Shown here piece after piece: positions 46,384-54,807 of a stretch of 54,807 nucleotides of DNA. This stretch comes from an uncultured virus (IMG/VR IMGVR_UViG_3300034407_002805) (taxonomy: Duplodnaviria > Heunggongvirae > Uroviricota > Caudoviricetes). The first letter of the stretch is position 1. Every line of letters begins with the position of its first letter. A model generated the notes under the pieces. It was given only the letters and a program-made list of their open reading frames with translations, did no database searches and had not been told where the DNA came from. The translations under genes were made by a program, and so were the position numbers. Location of the stretch: the IMG/VR virus record IMGVR_UViG_3300034407_002805; one strand, 5' to 3'.

Positions 46384-48336
46384 ATGCCACTAGGAAAAAA
46401 AGCAGATGCTGGTGATTACGTAAAAGACTTTTACAAATCGAAAGCACCACAGTTTAAAGGTAAATCAAAAAACAAGCGTAGGCAGATGGCCATCGCTGCG
46501 TACCTAGACGCACGTGATAAAGGTAAAGCCAAGTCAGAAGACATGACATTTAAGGTAGAAGTTGATGGACTACCTGCAATGTATATTGATGGCAATTCAC
46601 CGGGCCAAGTGAAGAATCACTTACGTAAATTGATCAAGCAACCTTCAATGATTAAAGGTGTAAGTCGTATGACAAAGTACGATGTAAAGAAAACATATCG
46701 TGCTAAAGCTCAAGGCAAAGATGTTGAAGAAGAGGATATGTCAGGTTACTTAAAATCTATTAGTGGACCTAGCCATAGAGGTAAAACCGCAACAGCCGCA
46801 GACATTGCAGCCATTAACAAGCATTTAAGGGATACAAGAAAGCAGCGTGTAAGAAGTCACCCATTGGGATACAAGCATTCAGCTAGGGCCCAAGCAGCCC
46901 GGAGTGGTGTAAGTGAAAGATATGATTATCCACACGGCACTGCAAAAGCGTACAAGGCTGCAACACCAGGTCAAGAAAAAGGTGACGGGTATATGGAGCC
47001 AAAGCAAGAAGCTGCACGTATACCACGTAAAAAAGGACAGCCGGCTAATTCTAAGAAACACAGTGATCTATATACTGATGAAAATCCGAAAGGTACGATT
47101 CACGGTCTAAAGTTTGCTACGGTTGCAGATGCAAAAGCTTCGGTGGCTAAGATTAAAAAGTCTAGTAGAAAACATGCACACAAAATTCAAGCAGCGATAG
47201 CAATGGAACAAAGAGCGAGAGTTGCTGGTAAAAATGCAGAAGCTGCAGTATACAGAAAGTACATAAACGCCATGAAAAAGAAAACAAAAGCCATGAAAGA
47301 AAATTATATCGTTAAACAATATAAAAATGGTAAAACAACAGGTGTAGTAAAAAGATTCAAAGGATTGAAACAAGCTACTACACACGCTGATAAACAAGGC
47401 GGTGATCACAGAGTGCACAAAGAAGATAGTATCAAAACTAAACCTCCATTTGCTGATGCTAAAAAAATATCAACTAAACCTACCAAAGATCAGTTTGGTA
47501 ATATAATTAAGAACCGCGCTAGGCATTTAGCTAGAAAAGCTGCTAAACAAGCCGGTGGTGACAAGGTAAACGAGTTGAAATATGCAACGATGAACAAGTA
47601 TATGAGTAAAGCTCAAAGAAGTAAAGATAGAGCTACTAATTCTGCAGTTGCAACTATACTAAGAAAAGGTGATCATTCTAAAGATTTACAGACTATGAAA
47701 AAGCGTGATAAAGGTATGAAGCTTGCAAAGAGCCGCGCTGTAGATAAGATACGTAAAGGCCATAAAGCTAACGAAGAATGGGAAACTATAAGAACAGGGC
47801 CTGGTTTTAGAATACAAAAAGATAGTGATACAGGTGCCACAAGAAGAGTAGCTGATAAAGCCAAAGATAGAAAAATTAGAATTAGAACTGAAGCTGATGC
47901 CATGGATATGGTAAAAGCGAATAACGCTCAATCTAAAAAAGGTTATAAAACTGAAAAGCTTACGATACCAAAGATACGAAATATCATGTACAAAGGTGCA
48001 AAAGCTCTAGGTGATGTGCAAGCTGTACGTAAAAAGAAGGTAGGTAAACGTATTGCCCGGCGTGTTGCGGGTAAACTTGCAAGTCGTGCATTGAGAAAGC
48101 TAATTAAGAATGATGTACAAGAAGGTAAAGGTGGTAAACCAGAATCTTTTGAAGCACAATATAAACGTAGACTTGTAAAGACTACGAAGCCAGAGCACAA
48201 AGAAAAAGGTTACAACTGGAGGATCAAAGGTAAGGATAGACCAGAAATTTCTATTAAGTTGTATAAGTCTAAGCCTGGTCAAGCAGAATTTAATAAGCAA
48301 CTTAGAAGAGTAGCGGGGCACGAGTTCGGTGGATAG
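46384..48336 (+). CDS. Large basic modular putative internal polyprotein
   Basis: Many short Lys-rich modules separated by Glu-containing linkers. Confidence 0.65.
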   Translation: MPLGKKADAGDYVKDFYKSKAPQFKGKSKNKRRQMAIAAYLDARDKGKAKSEDMTFKVEVDGLPAMYIDGNSPGQVKNHLRKLIKQPSMIKGVSRMTKYDVKKTYRAKAQGKDVEEEDMSGYLKSISGPSHRGKTATAADIAAINKHLRDTRKQRVRSHPLGYKHSARAQAARSGVSERYDYPHGTAKAYKAATPGQEKGDGYMEPKQEAARIPRKKGQPANSKKHSDLYTDENPKGTIHGLKFATVADAKASVAKIKKSSRKHAHKIQAAIAMEQRARVAGKNAEAAVYRKYINAMKKKTKAMKENYIVKQYKNGKTTGVVKRFKGLKQATTHADKQGGDHRVHKEDSIKTKPPFADAKKISTKPTKDQFGNIIKNRARHLARKAAKQAGGDKVNELKYATMNKYMSKAQRSKDRATNSAVATILRKGDHSKDLQTMKKRDKGMKLAKSRAVDKIRKGHKANEEWETIRTGPGFRIQKDSDTGATRRVADKAKDRKIRIRTEADAMDMVKANNAQSKKGYKTEKLTIPKIRNIMYKGAKALGDVQAVRKKKVGKRIARRVAGKLASRALRKLIKNDVQEGKGGKPESFEAQYKRRLVKTTKPEHKEKGYNWRIKGKDRPEISIKLYKSKPGQAEFNKQLRRVAGHEFGG

Positions 48337-48622
48337 ACTAAAAACATTTATTGAAAAAGAAACCGGTAAAGATTCAAAGGGTCATTTTCGTGCAACCGAA
48401 AAAGGTGCGGGTATGACACAAAAAGGTGTTGACGCTTATAACCGTAAGACCGGTGGTAATTTAAAAACAGCGGTGACAGGTAAAGTTAAACCTGGTTCAA
48501 AAGCTGCAAATAGACGTAAATCATATTGTGCAAGAAGTGCAGGACAAATGAAGATGTTTCCGAAAGCGGCAAAGGATCCTAACAGCAGATTGAGACAGGC
48601 GCGTAGAAGATGGAAGTGTTAA
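48329..48622 (+). CDS. Basic protein (DUF6321-like)
   Basis: RRKSYCARS...DPNSR...RRWKC; N-terminal MDRLKTFIE. Confidence 0.65.
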   Translation: MDRLKTFIEKETGKDSKGHFRATEKGAGMTQKGVDAYNRKTGGNLKTAVTGKVKPGSKAANRRKSYCARSAGQMKMFPKAAKDPNSRLRQARRRWKC

Positions 48623-48625
48623 TAA

Positions 48626-49087
48626 ATGGCGACGAAAGTAAATGATAATACAGAGGTAGCATTACCTTTACGTAATATGATAAGTTTGATTGCTGCGGCA
48701 TCGATTGCAACATGGGCTTATTTTGGTATCGTAGAAAGATTAAATAATCTTGAGACCTCTCAAACTATGATGAAATCAGATCTTAACTTTAATACAGAGT
48801 TTCGTATTAAATGGCCAAGAGGTGAAATGGGTAGTTTACCTGCTGACTCAGAACAGTTTATGATGATTGAACATTTGGCAAGTGAACTTGAAAAGTTAAC
48901 AACAGAGATTGAAAGTGGTGAAGCACCATTCGATCAACAACAAAAATTGCAAATTGATTTTATGCTGAAGCGAGTTGAAAATCTTGAGGCAGCTCATGAG
49001 AAGATACGTAATGATATTATGGATCTCATACACGCCTCAAGCAACATGAGACCACCGTCAGCAAATCAGGATCATTCGGGACACTAA
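48626..49087 (+). CDS. Hypothetical membrane-anchored coiled-coil protein
   Basis: N-terminal TM; FRIKWPRGEMGSLPAD. Confidence 0.7.
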   Translation: MATKVNDNTEVALPLRNMISLIAAASIATWAYFGIVERLNNLETSQTMMKSDLNFNTEFRIKWPRGEMGSLPADSEQFMMIEHLASELEKLTTEIESGEAPFDQQQKLQIDFMLKRVENLEAAHEKIRNDIMDLIHASSNMRPPSANQDHSGH

Positions 49088-49088
49088 A

Positions 49089-49259
49089 ATGGAAGCAATG
49101 GCAATTATTCTTATGTTAATGAAACCAGACCATTCTATGATGGAACTTGGTAAGTATAAGTCGATGGAGCAATGTGAACAGGCCATGCAGGTTGCAAAGA
49201 CACAGTTTAAAAAGGGACATCTATCTTGCACAAAAGAAGGCGAGAAGATGAAGCACTAA
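49089..49259 (+). CDS. Small Cys-pair protein (56 aa)
   Basis: MEAMAIILMLM...YKSMEQC...LSC; TAATG coupling. Confidence 0.5.
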   Translation: MEAMAIILMLMKPDHSMMELGKYKSMEQCEQAMQVAKTQFKKGHLSCTKEGEKMKH

Positions 49260-49510
49260 TGGCAACAGGAACATACTTTGTATTACTAATGTTTTTCGGA
49301 GAACCAGTGGGTCTTAAAGAGTACACTATACGTGAAAGTATGAGTGAGTGTCTTAGTGCAAAACGCACTATCGAACGTACACTCCGCGGCGGTAGATCAA
49401 AACAATACGGCGGATCAGTGCGAATATCATGTAAAAACTTAGAAGTAGAACATGATGCAGATTATAATATTATAAGATTTGTAACTAATGTAGATAAAGT
49501 ATTGGATTAA
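49259..49510 (+). CDS. Small Cys-pair protein
   Basis: MATGTYFVLLMFF...SMSECL...ISC. Confidence 0.6.
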   Translation: MATGTYFVLLMFFGEPVGLKEYTIRESMSECLSAKRTIERTLRGGRSKQYGGSVRISCKNLEVEHDADYNIIRFVTNVDKVLD

Positions 49511-49511
49511 T

Positions 49512-49790
49512 ATGGCTGATACAACTAATCAAAGACTTGATAGGATAGAGGAAAAGCTCGATAGGTTAGCTGAGGCCATGATTGCACTTGCGCGCGCAGA
49601 GGAAAAACTTGCTGCAATGCAAAGAAATCAAGAGAATAATCATGAACGTGTGAATAAGTTGTCTGTTAAATTAGATGACATTGAAAAAAAGGTGGACACT
49701 AATCACCGTACAGTATGCCTTATAAATAAACTAGTATACGCTGCTCTGATCGCAGCGGTCGGAGCGTATGTGGCTCAACTATGGTTGTAG
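49512..49790 (+). CDS. Coiled-coil protein with C-terminal TM
   Basis: RLDRIEEKLD heptads followed by a hydrophobic tail. Confidence 0.7.
   Translation: MADTTNQRLDRIEEKLDRLAEAMIALARAEEKLAAMQRNQENNHERVNKLSVKLDDIEKKVDTNHRTVCLINKLVYAALIAAVGAYVAQLWL
49721..49728 (+). promoter_or_regulatory. Late promoter
   Basis: TATAAATA about 70 nt upstream of 49800. Confidence 0.55.
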
Positions 49791-49799
49791 GAGAAAAAA

Positions 49800-50873
49800 A
49801 TGTTTGGAAATAATCCATTCGATTTACGTGGTAGGGCCACACAAGAAACGGTCCAAGAAAACAAATACGTAATACCAGAAGAGATCCCAGCAAATGAACG
49901 TACTGCTTTTCACGGTGCGGCAGCTGCTGCGGCCAAGGCTGGTAAAAAATCATTTAACTTCGGTGGTAAGACACACCCAGTTACAATGAAGAAAGATACT
50001 GCAAAGCAAATACCAACTGAAGCACTAGATCAAAAAGATAAGTCAACGCTAATGAAAGTTGCTAAGAAACTTAAAGGTGCAAGTGCTGCACATGCAGGTC
50101 AGTCAAAAGCCATTATGAAAGATATTCAGGATCAAAAAGATATGGATCCTAAAGATCACGTTGGTAAGAGTAAAAAGAATCCAGGTATGTTCTGTGTGTT
50201 TGATAAAGACGGAAAAGAAGTAAAGCTTTTCAAAGACAAGAAAGATGCTGAAGATTATGCAATGAAAAATCATGATAAACTAATGGGCGAAGGTTATATG
50301 AAAGACCTTGCCACAAACAAAACAGAACCAAAGCCAAAGTCTGATGCTCAGGTTGCAGCTGACTTTAAGAAGCGTCGCAAGATGGCTAACAAAGAAAAAG
50401 CTGAAGGCGGCGGTAAAGAAGGGGATGTTCAAATGAACCCTAAAATGGAAACAGGTAGTAAATCAGAGTCTCGTATTAGAGAAGCTCTAATGTCAGTTCT
50501 TGAAAAGAAACACGATGATCACTATAAGTCTGCAACTGAACCTGAGATGATGAAGGATAAGTTGAAAGGCAAGGGTGCACAAGACATGGCCGCCGGCGCT
50601 GAAAAAGAAATTAGCAAAGGACCAGAGGCACATCTTGATGAACCAGACATGTTGAAGAAAGATCGTGCAAAGATGACTTCAAATGTTAAGAAGTCTGCAA
50701 TGCGTAAGAATGATAATCCAAAAGGTGATACCAACGTTGTTCCTGGTGGAACACCAATGAAAGACCCTGCTGCTATGAAGTCAGAATCATACAATAAGAT
50801 GTCTGGATTACTAGCGGCTTATGCATCGATGCAAAAAACTGAAGAAGTGGAAAAAGAAGAAGATGGCTCTTAA
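49800..50873 (+). CDS. Charged modular late protein (possible head-internal or scaffold-like)
   Basis: K/D/E-rich; AGGAG RBS; downstream of a late promoter. Confidence 0.7.
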   Translation: MFGNNPFDLRGRATQETVQENKYVIPEEIPANERTAFHGAAAAAAKAGKKSFNFGGKTHPVTMKKDTAKQIPTEALDQKDKSTLMKVAKKLKGASAAHAGQSKAIMKDIQDQKDMDPKDHVGKSKKNPGMFCVFDKDGKEVKLFKDKKDAEDYAMKNHDKLMGEGYMKDLATNKTEPKPKSDAQVAADFKKRRKMANKEKAEGGGKEGDVQMNPKMETGSKSESRIREALMSVLEKKHDDHYKSATEPEMMKDKLKGKGAQDMAAGAEKEISKGPEAHLDEPDMLKKDRAKMTSNVKKSAMRKNDNPKGDTNVVPGGTPMKDPAAMKSESYNKMSGLLAAYASMQKTEEVEKEEDGS

Positions 50874-51168
50874 AGGACCAAGAGGTGCAGTTCCCTCACC
50901 GCGTGGGTGGATGAATCCTAATACAAATGAAATACTTTCTGTTCGTAAATTTACACAAGCGGAAATCGATGAGTGGTATGGTGTAGACACTAGCAATCCC
51001 GAGCCTACGACCGAGATGTTAGTTGAAGCACCTCGTAATAATACGAGTCTAGAAGAAATGACCAAGACAGAACTGGAAGCACTGGGCATGGAACACGGTG
51101 TAGATCTTGACAGGCGTTATTCTAAAAAGAAACTGATTAATACGTTAAAGGTTCTTGGTGCTGATTAA
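50863..51168 (+). CDS. Hypothetical protein with HeH/Rho-N-like C-terminus
   Basis: MTKTELEALG...GVDLDRR..KKKLI. Confidence 0.65.
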   Translation: MALKGPRGAVPSPRGWMNPNTNEILSVRKFTQAEIDEWYGVDTSNPEPTTEMLVEAPRNNTSLEEMTKTELEALGMEHGVDLDRRYSKKKLINTLKVLGAD

Positions 51169-51179
51169 TATATAATGTT

Positions 51180-51542
51180 ATGGATGCACAACTTACTGAT
51201 GATACATTATTTTTGTATGCTGCTAAACACTACTATAACCCGCAGTTTTCTGATGTTGAAGAATTTTTTGAAGATCTCAAGAGATTCAAATATATTAAAA
51301 GACTTGTGAATCGTTATCTTGACACTGATGAATTTCCTCATCGTTTGTTATTAAATCATATTATAGTTATCTTCAATGTCTTTGGAATTGAAGCATCGTT
51401 GAAGATACTAGAGTTGAGGTTAGATGATAAACATTGGCCGGTGATTAAACCTATTTTATTATATCTAAGTTATATACGAAATGATCAATACACAGGAATA
51501 GAGATGGATCAAACAGTAGTAGAATTTTTGAGGACGATATAA
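51180..51542 (+). CDS. Conserved T4-like hypothetical protein
   Basis: YAAKHYYNP, EDLKRFKYIKRL, LLLNHIIVIFNVFG. Confidence 0.8.
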   Translation: MDAQLTDDTLFLYAAKHYYNPQFSDVEEFFEDLKRFKYIKRLVNRYLDTDEFPHRLLLNHIIVIFNVFGIEASLKILELRLDDKHWPVIKPILLYLSYIRNDQYTGIEMDQTVVEFLRTI

Positions 51543-52129
51543 TGGGTTTAGTTAAGAGAGCTGCAGATCTTACCTATACGTTTAGATTTATACGTATGAT
51601 TGTGTTAGATTGGAGAGAATGGGATGCTTACAAGCTTGGCATCATCGATGAAAATGGAAAAAGACAAAAACAAGTCAAGCTCGACAGTGACGAGAGAAAG
51701 TCTGCATATACACCTTTCATCAGACTTTGTGCGAACATCAAGAGGTTGGTGGCTAATATTCCTGGCGGCAGTAGCAAGCTTGGCAGTTTCGCGTCTGCTC
51801 TTTTTCTTATAAAAGAAAAGTATGAGCTTACTGATACATGTTTAGAGAAGATACTAAGTAAGGCCGGTGTTGACAGACTTGATATGATGGTTGAAAAAAA
51901 CGAGTGGTTTGTACTAGAAGATGGTGCAGTATCACCGGGTGTTTATAAAATTAAGGGTAATAAACTAATAAATAGATCATGTGAGGAAGTTGTTTGGGCA
52001 AAGGATAATGTTAGAATCGAAGAGGATTCATATCCAGTAGGTGAAGTTTTTGGTATATCAATTTATGAGGCTTTGCATATGAAAACAAATCAAAGAATTT
52101 ACGTTTCAGTAAGCGAGATCTACAGGTAG
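51542..52129 (+). CDS. Conserved T4-like hypothetical protein
   Basis: FRFIRM, AYKLGIIDENG, AYTPFIRL, ALFLIKE. Confidence 0.8.
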   Translation: MGLVKRAADLTYTFRFIRMIVLDWREWDAYKLGIIDENGKRQKQVKLDSDERKSAYTPFIRLCANIKRLVANIPGGSSKLGSFASALFLIKEKYELTDTCLEKILSKAGVDRLDMMVEKNEWFVLEDGAVSPGVYKIKGNKLINRSCEEVVWAKDNVRIEEDSYPVGEVFGISIYEALHMKTNQRIYVSVSEIYR

Positions 52130-52133
52130 TAAA

Positions 52134-52493
52134 ATGGCATTCACTAGAAATGTAAGAAAAGTTGCTCAAAGTCTAACCGGTGCTAAAGCAGTTGCGAAGG
52201 TACATATAAGAGCAAACTTAACGACACCAGCTATAACTGGTAGTTTTGGAGTAAGTTCTCTTGTTGATAATTATACAGGATCGGGTAAACCACAATTTAC
52301 AACTAATTTTGCCGCGGCAGATTATACTGTTGTTATTTCTGTCGGCAAATCTGGTGATGTTTTATTTGCTGAATTACAGGCAGATAGCACAGCGACTACT
52401 AGCGAACATCGTATCATGGGAAGAAATGGCTCTGAGGCTGGCGATGCTGATTGGGATATTGGTACCTCTATTTGTATGGGAGACTTAGCGTAA
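52134..52493 (+). CDS. Putative fibre/decoration protein
   Basis: SFGVSSLVDNYTG...FTTNFAAADY...GDLA beta-rich module typical of marine phage fibre C-termini. Confidence 0.55.
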   Translation: MAFTRNVRKVAQSLTGAKAVAKVHIRANLTTPAITGSFGVSSLVDNYTGSGKPQFTTNFAAADYTVVISVGKSGDVLFAELQADSTATTSEHRIMGRNGSEAGDADWDIGTSICMGDLA

Positions 52494-53257
52494 TGGGTGT
52501 CACAAGAATAAGAGACATAGCATCAATACTCGGTAAGACTGAAGCTGCAAATCCTTCGAACCCTGCACTTGGTACAGGCAGCGGCGGTGGAGGTGTAGAC
52601 TCTGCAGGTGTTACACATCTTTTAGACTCAGCGGGAATACAGTCACCAATTTTAGGATCTACGCCAGCTCTTTTAGTTGATCCCGGCACAACTATGTATC
52701 ACTGGGGTCAGCCGTATCAAGATTCAGACGGTACTCTAACCCCACCGTTTGTAAATGCAGCACAGATCAGAAAAGGTGCTTTAGTACAAGTCGCTAATGC
52801 TGCCAACACTGCCGCTACAGAGCGCAGCCAATTTCTCTATCAGAATTGTTTTTACTTAACTCCTTCAGCTGATACTGGTACAGATATTTTAAGATACACC
52901 ATGCTTGACAGATCAGATGATGCTGTACCAAGCAGCAGTGAAGTATATGGCCGAGTGAATTGGATATGCTGGGCTGGTGGTCATACAAATGCTACTGGTA
53001 ATGGATCAAAACATCAAATAGGTGTTATCGACTATAACGGTGCATCTCCTACAAACGGTACTTCACATACCTCATCTGATGGTAATGCTCCAGATTTTGC
53101 ATGGACACACAGCAACTTTGTTTCAACACTAAATGTACAAGGGTCTGGTGCTAGTTCTAATGTTGGTTACTTTACAGTATACGTACAAATATTGTTTACT
53201 CACGGCGCGGGTTCTCGTGGTTCAGCAATATACTATAAATTAGAGGAGTTGGTCTAA
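52493..53257 (+). CDS. Putative fibre/adhesin protein
   Basis: TRIRDIASILGKTEA N-terminus, Gly linker, DSA repeats, beta-rich body. Confidence 0.55.
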   Translation: MGVTRIRDIASILGKTEAANPSNPALGTGSGGGGVDSAGVTHLLDSAGIQSPILGSTPALLVDPGTTMYHWGQPYQDSDGTLTPPFVNAAQIRKGALVQVANAANTAATERSQFLYQNCFYLTPSADTGTDILRYTMLDRSDDAVPSSSEVYGRVNWICWAGGHTNATGNGSKHQIGVIDYNGASPTNGTSHTSSDGNAPDFAWTHSNFVSTLNVQGSGASSNVGYFTVYVQILFTHGAGSRGSAIYYKLEELV

Positions 53258-53442
53258 TGTCTGATGATTATACTTTTGGCAACGACTCTGCAGAACAAAA
53301 TCAAATTATAATTACAAAAAGACAAGCTGCTTATATGGAAGATTTAGGAAGTTGGCAAGATCAACTACATATGATATATGATGATGAAGCGAACTGGCGA
53401 GCTAAAGTAGCAGAAGTAAAAGCAAAGTTTCCGAAGGTGTGA
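53257..53442 (+). CDS. Tail fibre assembly chaperone-like protein
   Basis: RQAAY...QDQLHMIY...W...VKAKFPK. Confidence 0.55.
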   Translation: MSDDYTFGNDSAEQNQIIITKRQAAYMEDLGSWQDQLHMIYDDEANWRAKVAEVKAKFPKV

Positions 53443-53443
53443 T

Positions 53444-54544
53444 ATGACTAGAACTAGAGACTTAGCGACAATACTCGGTTTAACAGAAGCTGATAACACT
53501 ACTAATCAAACGTTAGGCGCTGGTGGTGGTACTTCAGTAACATTTATAGATTCAGACGCTTTAATACCAAGTGCAGATTTAACAGGTGATTCTGGAGATT
53601 TAGTATTTTCAAGATCGTCCAACGCCTTATTTGTGTGTGAGGGTGGATACTATCGTAAACTATCATCGAGTAGCTTAGTCACTGCTGAAATGCTTCTTAT
53701 CGGTGGAGGCGGTGGTGGCCAAAGTGGGGGCGGCGGCGCCGGCGGATTGTTGTATTATGGGTCAGAAGTTGGCCGCTCATCAGATTCAGCAGACTACGAA
53801 AGAAAACCACACGGGTCAGCCATCAGCATTGACGTAGGAAAAACATATACTGTTACTATAGGTGACGGTGGTGGTAGAGCATCCAACGGAACAAATTCTA
53901 CTGTCACAGCAACGGGAGTAAGCTTTACTGCTTTTGGAGGCGGGTCAGGCGCTGACGGTGGAGGTACTCACATAGGTACAGGCTTCCAAGGTAATGACGG
54001 TGGATCTGGCGGCGGCGGAGGAGGTAACACAGGCACTGGTTCAAATGTTAGATTGCTTGGAGGTGATAATGTGCCCGGCCAAGGGTTTCCCGGAGGCGTT
54101 GGTTTAGAAGTTGGTAATTCACCAGCCGGAGCCGGTGGTGGCGCTGGAGGTCCTGGTGGATCTGCAGAAGCAGGTAGTGCCAACCATTCTAACGGAGGTA
54201 GTGGATTACGATATTCTATTACTGGCACTGAAACGTATTACGCCGGTGGAGGTGGAGGAGGATCACACAATGCTGGCTTTGGCAGTGGTGGCCCAGGCGG
54301 CGGAGGAAATGGAAATATAAATAATGGTGCGTCTACTCCAGGTACTGCCAATACAGGAGGTGGTGGAGGTGGTGGAGGATATGCTAATGCCTCGGCCTCA
54401 ACAATCTCAAATGGCGGGTCCGGAGTTTGTATCTTAAAAACTGCATCAACTCTTACAACAACGGGTACTGTAACAGTTGACAGCGATGGTAGTGGCTTTA
54501 ACGTATATACTTTTACTGATGACGGAACATTTAAAACATCATAA
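53444..54544 (+). CDS. Glycine-rich fibre/adhesin protein
   Basis: GGGGGG...GGGAGG, YYAGGGGGG, ANTGGGGGG, GGSGV glycine-rich domain. Confidence 0.75.
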   Translation: MTRTRDLATILGLTEADNTTNQTLGAGGGTSVTFIDSDALIPSADLTGDSGDLVFSRSSNALFVCEGGYYRKLSSSSLVTAEMLLIGGGGGGQSGGGGAGGLLYYGSEVGRSSDSADYERKPHGSAISIDVGKTYTVTIGDGGGRASNGTNSTVTATGVSFTAFGGGSGADGGGTHIGTGFQGNDGGSGGGGGGNTGTGSNVRLLGGDNVPGQGFPGGVGLEVGNSPAGAGGGAGGPGGSAEAGSANHSNGGSGLRYSITGTETYYAGGGGGGSHNAGFGSGGPGGGGNGNINNGASTPGTANTGGGGGGGGYANASASTISNGGSGVCILKTASTLTTTGTVTVDSDGSGFNVYTFTDDGTFKTS

Positions 54545-54553
54545 GGATAAATA

Positions 54554-54736
54554 ATGAAAATACCTGAATTTAAGAATACACATTTGTTTGATAGATTATG
54601 TTGGGCAGATGGCAATGGTTTTAGAGTAAGATCTAATAATACAACGTCTTCGCAAATACATGTTGCAACATTTAACAGTTCTGCTGCTGCTCATGATTGT
54701 CCAAAATACATAAACTGGTGTGGAGACCTCGCATGA
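54554..54736 (+). CDS. Short, possibly chimeric ORF
   Basis: N-terminal PEFKNTHLFDRLCWA; C-terminal GDLA as in 52134..52493. Confidence 0.45.
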   Translation: MKIPEFKNTHLFDRLCWADGNGFRVRSNNTTSSQIHVATFNSSAAAHDCPKYINWCGDLA

Positions 54737-54807
54737 CACAGAGTATTAATAGAAGAATTGCTGGTAACTTTAGCAAAAATGATGGAGCTCCAGAAGCCTT
54801 AAGAGGT
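54733..54807 (+). CDS. Hypothetical protein (3'-partial)
   Basis: ATGA overlap, GGAG RBS, frame open to the window end. Confidence 0.45.
   Translation, partial: MTQSINRRIAGNFSKNDGAPEALRG

Noticed and set aside
53690..54430. GGC/GGT-rich repeats as a tandem repeat or CRISPR-like array
   Set aside because: Explained by glycine codons of the fibre protein; no constant repeat-spacer structure seen anywhere in the window
3040..54615. Numerous 60-125 aa antisense or alternative-frame ORFs in the track (e.g. 4161-4496, 11764-12075, 42801-43124, 54238-54615)
   Set aside because: They lie fully within well-supported genes and lack RBS or recognisable motifs

Overview
A 54.8-kb segment of a large T4-like myophage genome, probably aquatic or marine. 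The host is most likely an alphaproteobacterium, inferred from a circularly permuted tmRNA with a GGCAGUA T-loop and a ROSE-like thermometer before hsp20. All family assignments come from motif recognition, not database searches. Layout: (1) 0.5-12.4 kb, T4 core replication and transcription genes (gp55, gp47, gp46, gp45, gp44, gp62, regA, gp43) with hsp20, lysozyme and iscA. (2) 12.4-20.6 kb, a DNA-modification island: NTP pyrophosphatase, AEP-like protein, nuclease-like ORF, Nmad1-like ORF, gp42-type dCMP hydroxymethylase, dCMP deaminase, UDG-like protein, a T4 alpha-glucosyltransferase homolog, UDP-glucuronate epimerase, UDP-glucose dehydrogenase and an atypical C5-methyltransferase. (3) uvsX, APS kinase plus nucleotidyltransferase, gp41, thyX. 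(4) A two-piece tmRNA with an unusually long tag. (5) 26.9-35.7 kb, an AT-rich cluster of 13 enzyme-like genes (desaturase, eight 2OG-Fe(II)/TauD oxygenase-like ORFs including two with H-x-N, PLP enzyme, methyltransferase, FMN reductase, SDR) plus a GNAT-like ORF. (6) Early genes and pstS. (7) 40-48.6 kb, putative capsid-internal proteins with T4-style capsid-targeting N-termini, including nuclease-, RNA ligase- and nucleotidyltransferase-like enzymes and probable polyproteins. (8) Late conserved genes and glycine-rich fibre or decoration genes. The best candidates for an undescribed system are uronic-acid glycosylation of hydroxymethylcytosine DNA, the oxygenase-rich biosynthetic-like cluster, and the packaged cargo and polyprotein array.
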